Origin: a candidate division WOR-3 bacterium
GTDB lineage: Bacteria > Hydrothermota > Hydrothermia > B15-G9 > WFZT01
DNA: 38,849 nucleotides
NCBI GenBank assembly: GCA_026991055.1
Contig: JALXCE010000308.1
Location: 1 to 38,849 of the forward strand
Reading direction: 5' to 3'
Translations under genes and position numbers: made by a program
Notes under the pieces: model-generated
What the model was told of the DNA's origin: nothing
The model's input: only the letters and a program-made list of their open reading frames with translations
Database searches by the model: none
Shown: positions 19,295-27,888 of the stretch, one piece after another
How positions within the stretch are numbered: position 1 is the first letter of the stretch
Layout of the letters: each line of letters begins with the position of its first letter

Positions 19295-19392
19295 AATTCC
19301 TCGAGACGCAACACTTAAAAATGTGGAAAACTCACGAATCCCTTGAAAATACTGAAGAAACTCGTTATGAATTTCCCTCTGGAGAAAATGGA

Positions 19393-20040
19393 ATGAATGT
19401 GTGGATGAGAATGTTCGAGGCACTTTTTGATGCATTTGGCCCCCAGCACTGGTGGCCCGGTGAGACCCCTCTCGAGGTCGCTATTGGGGCCATTCTGACC
19501 CAGAATACTAACTGGAGGAACGTCGAGAGAGCTATCCAGAACCTGAAAGAACGAGACCTGATTGATGTTGATAAACTCCTCAAACTCAGTGAAGATGAGC
19601 TTAAGGAACTTATAAGGCCCTCGGGATTTTTCAACGTCAAGGCCAGAAGACTTAGAAACTTCCTTGAATTTTTAAGAAAGCACGGTGGACTCGAGGGTTT
19701 GAAAAAATTTGATACCTATGAAGTTCGCCAGATGCTCTTGCGTGTCCCTGGAATTGGCTTTGAGACCGCTGATTCTGTTATTCTCTATGCCCTTGAAAAG
19801 CCAATTTTTGTGGTGGATGCCTATACGAGAAGATACCTCAAAAGGCATGGATTCATCGAGGGTACAGAGCATTACGATGAAATCAGGAAACTATTCGAGG
19901 ATAATCTACCGAAGGACGTTGAGCTTTACAAAGAGTATCATGCATTGATTGTTAAATTGGGCAAGGTTTATTGTAAGAGTAAGCCAGTTTGTGAAAACTG
20001 CCCTTTAAATAAAAAGGAATTCTGGAGGAATGAAAGATGA
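19393..20040 (+). CDS. Endonuclease III-related HhH-GPD protein (COG2231-like)
   Basis: The motifs FGPQHWWPGETP, ILTQNTNW and the HhH segment LLRVPGIGFETADSVILYA are present. The C-terminal CKSKPVCENC supplies only three Cys residues. I prefer the ATG at 19393, preceded by GGAGAAAATGGA. The ORF itself opens at 19321 with no SD. Confidence 0.75.
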   Translation: MNVWMRMFEALFDAFGPQHWWPGETPLEVAIGAILTQNTNWRNVERAIQNLKERDLIDVDKLLKLSEDELKELIRPSGFFNVKARRLRNFLEFLRKHGGLEGLKKFDTYEVRQMLLRVPGIGFETADSVILYALEKPIFVVDAYTRRYLKRHGFIEGTEHYDEIRKLFEDNLPKDVELYKEYHALIVKLGKVYCKSKPVCENCPLNKKEFWRNER

Positions 20041-21268
20041 AAGCTGTGGTGATTTCTGTAGGGGATGAACTTTTAAGCGGGCGGACTCTCAATACCAATT
20101 TGAGAACCATAGCCGAGTTTCTCGCAAGATTTGGTATTCCTGTTGTCAGGAATTGCACCGTGAGGGACGATGTTGAGGAGATAATCAAGATTACGCGCGA
20201 GGCCTTGGAAAGTGCTGATATTGTTATTGTTTCTGGTGGATTAGGAATTACAGTTGATGATGTACCTGTGAGGCCATAGCAAGGGCGATGGGTGTGGAGC
20301 TTGTTTTTGATGAGGATTTTTATAAAGAAGTTGAGAAGAGAATGCTGGAAAGGGGAGTAAAGGTTACCGAAGAGCACAAAAAGTATGGCCTCATCCCGGC
20401 TGGTTTTGAACTTATAAAAAACGATTATGGTCTTGCTCCCGGTTATTTTTACAAAAAAGATGGCAAAATCCTTCTTGTCCTGCCCGGGCCACCTCATGAG
20501 CTAAGGAATGTTCTTGAAAATGCATCGAAGAAGTTTGAAGGCTTAACAAAGAAAAAAGTCCTTGTGAAGACCGTCAAAACCTTCGGTTTGAAGGAAAGCG
20601 ATATTGTTGAAAGGATTAAGGATGTCATTGAAGAGCTCAAGCCCATTGGTTCATATCCAATAATTCCGGGAATGGTAGATTTGAGACTCACGCTTGTGGG
20701 TGAGGATGAGGAAAAGCTCAAAGAGGAGATGGAGAAAAAACTTGATATCCTTCGGGAGAGACTTGGGGATGCTATTTACGGTTTCGACGATGATACACTT
20801 CCGGGAGTTATTGGCAAAATTTTGCGTTCAAAAGGAATGACCATTGCAACGGCTGAGTCATGCACAGGTGGACTTGTGGCAAACTACATAACCGATGTGT
20901 CAGGCAGTTCAGATTACTTTAAGGGCGGTGTTGTCTCATACTGGAATGAGGTGAAAAGTGGAGTTCTTGGAGTGAGTGACGTGATCCTGGAGCACTTCGG
21001 AGCGGTTTCAGAGCCCACTGCTGTGATGATGGCCGAAGGGGTTAGAAAGTTGCTCGGCACTGATGTCGGGATTTCTACCACGGGCATTGCAGGGCCTACC
21101 GGCGGGACACCTGAGAAGCCCGTTGGACTTGTCTTCATGGGGGTCTCAATCCATGGTAAAACATTTGTTTTGAAGAAGATTTTCAAAGGTGATCGTCTTA
21201 TGGTGAAGAAACAGGCTGCCTTGAATCTTCTCGATTTCTTGAGGAGAAAACTTGGAGAGGTACAGTGA
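20037..21268 (+). pseudogene. cinA: cinA (MoCF-like domain + PncC NMN deamidase domain) interrupted by a 1-nt frame change
   Basis: Frame A (20037-20279) reads MKAVVISVGDELLSGRTLNTN...VSGGLGITVDDVPVRP*. The -1 frame is open from 20261 and reads CTCEAIARAMGVELVFDEDF...LPGPPHE...TAESCTGGL... to 21268. Joined near 20262-20266, the two parts reconstruct a normal CinA. Confidence 0.8.
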
Positions 21269-22950
21269 AACTCATAGATGTTGCAGCAGGGCGTGAGGTC
21301 GCGGACCTGATAATTAAAGATGTAAATTTAATTGATGTCAGATCAGGAAAGGTTCGCAAAACAGATATTGTTATTTACGAAGGCAAGATAGCTGCTGTGG
21401 GGCCGGGCTACAGCGGAAGATCCGTGATTGACGGGTCAGGTCTATACGCTGCACCGGGATTTATTGAAGGTCATATCCATATTGAAAGCTCCATGATGAC
21501 ACCGGCTTACTTCGCTCATGCAGTAGTCAAATACGGAACTACCACAGTTATTGCTGATCCCCACGAGATTGCCAATGTGCTCGGAATCGGTGGAGTGAGA
21601 TTCATGATTGAGGATTCAAAAAACTTGCCTGTGGATATATTTTTTACCGCTCCATCGTGTGTTCCCGCCACCAATCTCGAGACCTCTGGGGCAGTGATTG
21701 GCCGTGAGGAGCTGCTGAGGCTGAAAGATATGGAGAGGGTCTTAGGCCTTGGAGAAATGATGAACTATCCCGGGGTGTATTTAAACCTGCCGGATGTCAT
21801 TGAAAAACTTGGAATTTTTGAAATTCAGGATGGCCATGCTCCGATGCTTACAGGGAAAAACCTCAATGCCTACATTGCAGCAGGAATCTATTCTGACCAT
21901 GAGTGCACTTCGACGGATGAGGCGAGAGAAAAGCTGGAACTTGGAATGCATATAATGATTCGTGAAGGGACATCGGAGAGAAACTTGCATGAGCTTTTGC
22001 CGCTTGTCGACAACAATAACTGGCCATTTTTCTCCTTTGTATCCGATGACCGTCATCCATCAACGATTCAGGAAGAGGGACATCTGGATGGTATTATTCG
22101 AAAGGCAATAGATAGCGGACTTGACCTTGTAACAGCCATCAGGCTTGCCACGATAAACACTGCCCACTATTTCAGATTATTTGACCGGGGCGAGATTGTT
22201 CCCGGAAAGAAGGCTGATATCGTTCTCCTTGGTGAGGACATGAAGGTTAAGATGGTCCTAAAAGACGGGAAAGTTGTCGTAAGGGATGGTATGGTTCTAA
22301 CTGAAACTCCATTGCCAGAGGCGAGAATATTGGGCTCCATGAATTTTGAGCCTGATATCGAGAGACTAAAAGTCAGAGCGAGGGGAAATAAGATAAGAGT
22401 TATCAAGATCATTGAAGGGAATCTAATAACAGACGAAGAGATCCATCCTGCAAGGGTTATGGAAGGTTTAGCCGTTTCTGACCCTGAAAATGACGTGTTA
22501 AAGCTCAGTGTGTGGGAGAGACACAGAGGCACGGGCAATGTGGGCATCGGCTTTGTCCGTGGATTTGGCATAAAGTCAGGGGCGCTTGCTTCAACGGTTG
22601 CCCATGACTCCCATAACGTCATTGCAGTAGGAGTGAGTGACGAGGATATATTTTTTGCTGTGAAGAGGTTAAAAGAGCTTGGAGGAGGGCTTATCGTTGT
22701 CGAAAACCAGCGTGAGCTCGCCAGTCTGCCGCTCCCAATTGCGGGTTTAATGACCGATACACCGGTTGATAAACTCGCGGACCTGGAAAAAAAGCTGAAC
22801 GAATCTTACAGAAGATTGGGTGGCAGACTCAAAAATCCCTTCATGCAGCTAAGTTTTCTCGCACTACCTGTTATTCCCAAACTGAAACTCACAGATTATG
22901 GACTTATCAAAGATTTTAAGGTAGTTGATCTGTTTGTTGACTCTTTTTGA
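21265..22950 (+). CDS. ade: Adenine deaminase
   Basis: The metal-site motif GFIEGHIHIESSMMTP, together with ADPHEIANV, DGHAP and SDDRH, is present in a 561-aa protein. The GTG start overlaps the cinA stop (GTGA). Confidence 0.9.
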   Translation: MKLIDVAAGREVADLIIKDVNLIDVRSGKVRKTDIVIYEGKIAAVGPGYSGRSVIDGSGLYAAPGFIEGHIHIESSMMTPAYFAHAVVKYGTTTVIADPHEIANVLGIGGVRFMIEDSKNLPVDIFFTAPSCVPATNLETSGAVIGREELLRLKDMERVLGLGEMMNYPGVYLNLPDVIEKLGIFEIQDGHAPMLTGKNLNAYIAAGIYSDHECTSTDEAREKLELGMHIMIREGTSERNLHELLPLVDNNNWPFFSFVSDDRHPSTIQEEGHLDGIIRKAIDSGLDLVTAIRLATINTAHYFRLFDRGEIVPGKKADIVLLGEDMKVKMVLKDGKVVVRDGMVLTETPLPEARILGSMNFEPDIERLKVRARGNKIRVIKIIEGNLITDEEIHPARVMEGLAVSDPENDVLKLSVWERHRGTGNVGIGFVRGFGIKSGALASTVAHDSHNVIAVGVSDEDIFFAVKRLKELGGGLIVVENQRELASLPLPIAGLMTDTPVDKLADLEKKLNESYRRLGGRLKNPFMQLSFLALPVIPKLKLTDYGLIKDFKVVDLFVDSF

Positions 22951-23028
22951 AAATTCATTGTGCAAATGTCTATTGCCTGGAATATCCCTTTACTCTGGAT
23001 GAAATAATGCAGCTTCAGCCGTGATTTC

Positions 23029-23057
23029 TTGATTTCATTTTTTTGAAACATTATACA
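23029..23057 (+). promoter_or_regulatory. Possible sigma-70-type promoter of the amidase-kinase-activator unit
   Basis: TTGATT-N17-TATACA ends 7 nt before the ATG at 23065. No SD is visible upstream of that ATG. The match to consensus is only moderate. Confidence 0.3.
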
Positions 23058-23064
23058 TTCACCC

Positions 23065-24420
23065 ATGAAAATGCTGGTTTTACAAATACTTGTCTCTTTC
23101 AGGCTAATCAGTGTCCCATACGTGCATAATCCTGAGGGTGATTTTCTACACTATAAGAACGTTGTAAAGGCCCTTCGCCTTCGCTATTCAAGGAAGGGAG
23201 CGGAGGTCTTGATTTCAGGTGGTAAAATAAAAATTTCGAGAAGCGGGAAAATTTACCTCCATGGGAGATTTTCATTTCTCAAGCTCAATGGTGGTTATCT
23301 TGAAGCAAATTCCTGGGCCTATCTGCTTTCGAGAGTTTCAAAGGTGTACAATTATTACTGGGATTACAAAAGAAAGGGTTTCATACAATCCCATTATCCG
23401 CCCAGTGTGAAACTCACGAATGCTCATAAATATCGGACAAAAGCCGTTTTTGTTTTTTCTCATAACAGGGATTTGAGGCCCACGTATTCATTTAAGAAAG
23501 GGAAGCTGAAGTTAAGTTTTCCACGCGGGTTTTTGGTTGTCAATCCTGTTTCACTCAAAAATTTCCTATCCAGTGTAAAAATCATTCACACACTTTCAGG
23601 ACTTACCCTGATTTTTACACTAAAAAAGGGTGTGAAGTACAGTGTTAAAAGGGGAGATAGAGATATAACACTGGTGTTGAATATGCCATATAGGCCTACT
23701 CCGCGAAAAAAGTTTAGGCTGGGGGAACTTATAGTGGTTGATCCGGGGCATGGCGGAAAAGACCCTGGTGCTATCGGGTATCGTGGAATAAGGGAGAAGG
23801 ATATAACTCTTGCCATAGCGAGAGAGGTGAGAAGAATCGCAGAGAAGAGACTTGGTGTAAGGGTGGTTTTAACGAGGGACAGGGACGTGTTTATCCCTCT
23901 GTGGGAGCGCTCAAAGATAGCCAACAGGCTGGGAGCAACCATGTTTATTTCGATACATTGTAATTTCTCAAGAAATCGATACGCTCACGGCCTTGAGACT
24001 TACTTCCTTTCAAACGCCCGCACGAGGTGGGAGAGGGCAGTGGCTGCCCTTGAGAATGCGTCTGTTAAATACGAGATAAACTACAGGAGACAGTACGGCA
24101 TGGTCAGGAAGATCCTCGGAGACATGGCTCAAAACAGGTACTTAAAAGAGTCCCAGGTGCTTGCTGAATATATTCAGGAATCTGTTGTAAAGAAAACGGG
24201 GACTCTCAATAGGGGCATCAAGCAAGCTGGATTCTACGTTCTACTTTTCACTCATACACCATCTGTCCTTGTCGAAACAGGTTTTATCTCTAATCCAAGA
24301 GAGGCAAGAAGACTGAAAAGTCGGTGGTACATAAGGAGAATTGCAGAAGGAATAGTTAATGGCATTGCTTTATACTTAAACAAGTATGCAGAGAAGAGTT
24401 ATTTCAGTGGCAGGGGATAA
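23065..24420 (+). CDS. N-acetylmuramoyl-L-alanine amidase, AmiC-like (AMIN-like region + Amidase_3)
   Basis: The N-terminus is hydrophobic. The motifs VVDPGHGGKDPGA, FISIHCN, GLETYF and VLVETGFISN make up the Amidase_3 pattern. A beta-rich, AMIN-like stretch (LSGLTLIFTLKKGVKYSV...ITLVLN) precedes it. Confidence 0.85.
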   Translation: MKMLVLQILVSFRLISVPYVHNPEGDFLHYKNVVKALRLRYSRKGAEVLISGGKIKISRSGKIYLHGRFSFLKLNGGYLEANSWAYLLSRVSKVYNYYWDYKRKGFIQSHYPPSVKLTNAHKYRTKAVFVFSHNRDLRPTYSFKKGKLKLSFPRGFLVVNPVSLKNFLSSVKIIHTLSGLTLIFTLKKGVKYSVKRGDRDITLVLNMPYRPTPRKKFRLGELIVVDPGHGGKDPGAIGYRGIREKDITLAIAREVRRIAEKRLGVRVVLTRDRDVFIPLWERSKIANRLGATMFISIHCNFSRNRYAHGLETYFLSNARTRWERAVAALENASVKYEINYRRQYGMVRKILGDMAQNRYLKESQVLAEYIQESVVKKTGTLNRGIKQAGFYVLLFTHTPSVLVETGFISNPREARRLKSRWYIRRIAEGIVNGIALYLNKYAEKSYFSGRG

Positions 24421-27400
24421 TGCAGGAAATTCCGGGATACAAAACCGTTGAGAAAATAGGAGAAGGTCTCAGCGGAGAAGTTTATCTTGCCCAAAAAGAT
24501 GGACGTTACTTCGCTGTTAAAATCCTAAGAAAGGGTTTCCTCTATGAATTGATATCAGAGTACTTCATTTTGCAGAGCATTCGACATCCCAATATTGTCA
24601 GGGTTATAAACGTCAATGCAGAGGCGGAAAATCCATATGTAGTCTTTGAGTATGCGGAAAAAGGTAACTTAACGGGCAGAAATTTTTCGAGCGATGTCAT
24701 GTTCTTCCTGAAGAAATTCACATCCGACATCCTGCCTGCTGTTGATGTGCTCCACTCGCGTGGAATTGTTCATGGTGATATTAAACCTTCGAATATCCTT
24801 GTGTTTGCTGATTATACTTTGAAACTATCTGACCTCGGTGGTTCTGTCCACTATCTTAAGACCGTTGGTTTCCCTGATTCGACAACACTCACTCTGGAGT
24901 ACACCTCACCGGAGGTGTTAAGAGGTGAACGGTTGAGTCCACAGTCTGATATTTATTCACTCGGTATTTTACTCTTTGAGATGCTCACAGGAGAACTTCC
25001 TTTTCAAGGGACACCCGAGGAGGTTATAAACGGACAACTTGTGGGGTCTGTACCTTCTCCCCGAGAGCTCAATCCTGAAATACCGATGAGTGTTTCCAAC
25101 CTGATCCTTAAAATGCTCGAAAAATCGCCTCTACAGAGACCAGGAAGTGTGCAGGAAATAATGGAAATTTTGAAGAAAATTGTAGCAAGTCCAGAAACCC
25201 CTATTTCCTACGCTTCTTCAAAAGAGATTATAGGCAGAGACAAGGAACTGAGAATAGTGGAAAATCTTTTTAAGCGCATTTTACTGGGTGGTAAAACCGG
25301 GAAAAATGTGATTATTTTCAGCGGTCCAGAAGGAATTGGAAAGTCTTTTCTTGCTGAGGAAATTGTAAATAGGGCTCATCTATCGGGTATTTTCCCGATA
25401 AAACTTGATTTTAAATCGCATGGTTATGCAGAGACCTTGCGAAAAGCACAGGAGTTCCTGGAGAAATTCTTGAATAGAAAGCTGCCCCTTTTTGATGTAA
25501 ATATAACGAGAGGGCAGATTATCCAGAATCTGTATGAAGCGATAAAACTTGTTACTACCAGATTTCCTGTGCTCGTTGTAATAGACGAACTGCCCTTAGA
25601 AGATAGGGTTGTCTGGGGGATTGCATCAGAACTTGCAAGAAAAATCAGGAGGGATAGAGCAGGTATCGTGATATTTTCAAAAGAGGGAGCACCTCAAAGT
25701 GTTAGAGAGTTCGGAAGACTCTATCAGCTTCAGCCCCTCAGCCTGCCTCAGACCCGCTTTTTCCTTAGGTCAGAGTTCCCCGAGTTGCAAGAGACCCTGG
25801 TACCAACTATCTATGAGTTTACACATGGAAATCCCAAAAGTATCATTCAAATTGCTCGTTGTCTCATAAATAATGAAGAAAAGAACTGCTTTGTGGCAGA
25901 GAAAACTCAAGGTATAAAAAAGCTGAGAGAGCTTTTAAATAATGAAGAATGGAACATAGTTAGGCACATCGCTGTTACCGCCAATCCCGTAGATGTATCC
26001 TTTCTTGCAAAGAGGTTTGAGATAAAAAAGCTTACGGATGTCTTAAATAAGTTGCTCGAAAATGGTGTTGTAGAGAAACACGATAACTATATATTTGACG
26101 AGAACCTCAGGAATGTGATTTTAAATGAACCTGAGACCCAAAAAATTGCCAGAGATATTGCAAGACAATATTCAATATCAGGTTTACATCATAAAGCCTC
26201 GAAAATCCTTTACAACGCTGGTTTTTACAATCTTTCCTTCAAAGAAATTGAGCCTCTTTTGAGGAGGGCCTTCAGGAAGAGGAATTTTATAAAACTTTAT
26301 GACATCCTGAGATACTATGAAGGGGTTAAGCTGAGTCGGGGACAGAAAAGGAACTTTATTGTGTTATACGCCTACACCCTGATAAATCTTGGAATGCATA
26401 AACAGGCGTTAAAACTTATTGAGGATAACTATCAATTTATAGATAAAGCCAGAGCAGATTTTCTAAGAAGTTACGCTTTACGGGAACTCGACTATCCTCC
26501 CACAAAACTACTTGAGCTGGTCGAGCAGAACGTTCTTGGTAAAATTAAAGGATTTTTGAAAGATGAAGCCGAGGCTTTTTATATTGACTTGCTATCCGAC
26601 ACCAACATAGACGAAGATAGCTTCATGGAATTAACAGGAAGGTTTTTAAAGAAAACGAGGAAACCTGACCTGAAAGTTAAAATACTTCGGATAACCGGGA
26701 ATTTTAATTTCCGCCGTGATAAGTTGAGGGAAGCTTTAAAGTATTATAAAGAGGGGTTGAAGCTCGCCAAGAAGTTTGATATACACTGGGAAATCCCCAA
26801 CCTGCTGATGAATTTCTCGGTTACATCAATGAAAATCCTCGAAATCTCTTTTGAGGAGCATCTGGAGAATCTAAAGAATGTTGTAAGATTCGCGGAAAAA
26901 CAGGCTAACTATCCGGTTCTTGAAGCCGCCTATATAAACCTATTCCTGTATTACCTTTCCTTCAGGAAGTTTGATGAGGCAAAGACCATTTTAGAGAAGC
27001 TAAGGCTCCTCGGAGAAACCACTGAGAATTCAACTATACTGGCAGAGTACTATGACAACATGGCATATCTATATTTTGAATCCGACGAATGGGAAAGTGC
27101 AGATGAATATTTCAATAGGGCCTATTCTTTTTACAGGCAATACGGGATGCCTCCCCTTGCCTTTTACGATAAATATTCTCGCTTCCTTGTGCATAGAGGG
27201 GAGTTCAGAAAGGCCCTGAGAATAATAAGAGAGGCCATCAGTGAATGGAAAAATTACACAAATATAAGTATCTCATCATCTCTTTACAGAAGTCTCCTTG
27301 TGGTATTAAGTGTAATAACAGAGCGGGATTACTTCTCTAAGTTTCTTAAATTTCTACCTCAGGACGTATTACGACAGCCTTCTGTGGCTTACTTTATAAA

Positions 27401-27881
27401 TTTTCACAGGAGAGACTTTGAATCTGCTTTGAGGGATGTTGATGAGCTGATTAAGGGCTTGACGAGTTATGGAAAGGAATTTGGGAGATTGGTTTACATT
27501 GAAAAAGCCGAAGCCCTTTACAATCTTGGGCGTGTGGATGAAGCTGAAGAATTTATAAAAGAGTATATCGAGGCCCAGCCTGAAAATTCTTTCAGGCTGG
27601 GCCTCGCCTATGTCATTATGACAAAAATAAATCTCAAAAAGAATCAATGGGATTCGGCCCTGAGATACCTGGATAAGGCAGAAGAAATATTTAATCGCCT
27701 TGGTGCAAAATTCCAGCTTGCCAAGGTGCGCTGCTACAGGACCTATCTCGATGCCATCTTTCAGGAAACTGAGATTGATCCTGAAAAACTGAAAGAATGC
27801 CACAGGCTACTTGATGAACTGGGGGCCATAAAAACTTTTGACAATATAGAGCTTGAAATTTTAAATGCGGTTGAAAAATAA
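24420..27881 (+). CDS. Ser/Thr protein kinase (non-RD) fused to an AAA_16/STAND ATPase and a long TPR-like C-terminal region
   Basis: Kinase motifs are GEGLSGEV, FAVKIL, HGDIKPSN, DLG and SPE. The STAND part shows IGRDKEL...SGPEGIGKS (Walker A), VLVVIDELP (Walker B) and THGNP. TPR-like helices follow to the C-terminus. The ATG shares one nucleotide with the amidase stop (TAATG). Confidence 0.85.
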   Translation: MQEIPGYKTVEKIGEGLSGEVYLAQKDGRYFAVKILRKGFLYELISEYFILQSIRHPNIVRVINVNAEAENPYVVFEYAEKGNLTGRNFSSDVMFFLKKFTSDILPAVDVLHSRGIVHGDIKPSNILVFADYTLKLSDLGGSVHYLKTVGFPDSTTLTLEYTSPEVLRGERLSPQSDIYSLGILLFEMLTGELPFQGTPEEVINGQLVGSVPSPRELNPEIPMSVSNLILKMLEKSPLQRPGSVQEIMEILKKIVASPETPISYASSKEIIGRDKELRIVENLFKRILLGGKTGKNVIIFSGPEGIGKSFLAEEIVNRAHLSGIFPIKLDFKSHGYAETLRKAQEFLEKFLNRKLPLFDVNITRGQIIQNLYEAIKLVTTRFPVLVVIDELPLEDRVVWGIASELARKIRRDRAGIVIFSKEGAPQSVREFGRLYQLQPLSLPQTRFFLRSEFPELQETLVPTIYEFTHGNPKSIIQIARCLINNEEKNCFVAEKTQGIKKLRELLNNEEWNIVRHIAVTANPVDVSFLAKRFEIKKLTDVLNKLLENGVVEKHDNYIFDENLRNVILNEPETQKIARDIARQYSISGLHHKASKILYNAGFYNLSFKEIEPLLRRAFRKRNFIKLYDILRYYEGVKLSRGQKRNFIVLYAYTLINLGMHKQALKLIEDNYQFIDKARADFLRSYALRELDYPPTKLLELVEQNVLGKIKGFLKDEAEAFYIDLLSDTNIDEDSFMELTGRFLKKTRKPDLKVKILRITGNFNFRRDKLREALKYYKEGLKLAKKFDIHWEIPNLLMNFSVTSMKILEISFEEHLENLKNVVRFAEKQANYPVLEAAYINLFLYYLSFRKFDEAKTILEKLRLLGETTENSTILAEYYDNMAYLYFESDEWESADEYFNRAYSFYRQYGMPPLAFYDKYSRFLVHRGEFRKALRIIREAISEWKNYTNISISSSLYRSLLVVLSVITERDYFSKFLKFLPQDVLRQPSVAYFINFHRRDFESALRDVDELIKGLTSYGKEFGRLVYIEKAEALYNLGRVDEAEEFIKEYIEAQPENSFRLGLAYVIMTKINLKKNQWDSALRYLDKAEEIFNRLGAKFQLAKVRCYRTYLDAIFQETEIDPEKLKECHRLLDELGAIKTFDNIELEILNAVEK

Positions 27882-27888
27882 TTAAGCG

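Noticed and set aside
19952-20497. A 181-aa minus-strand ORF spanning the cinA frameshift region.
   Set aside because: It is antisense to both cinA fragments and to the end of the EndoIII-like gene. Its composition is low-complexity and hydrophobic or Ser/Thr-rich, and it has no SD. Its length is most simply explained by the lack of stop codons opposite a purine-rich sense strand.
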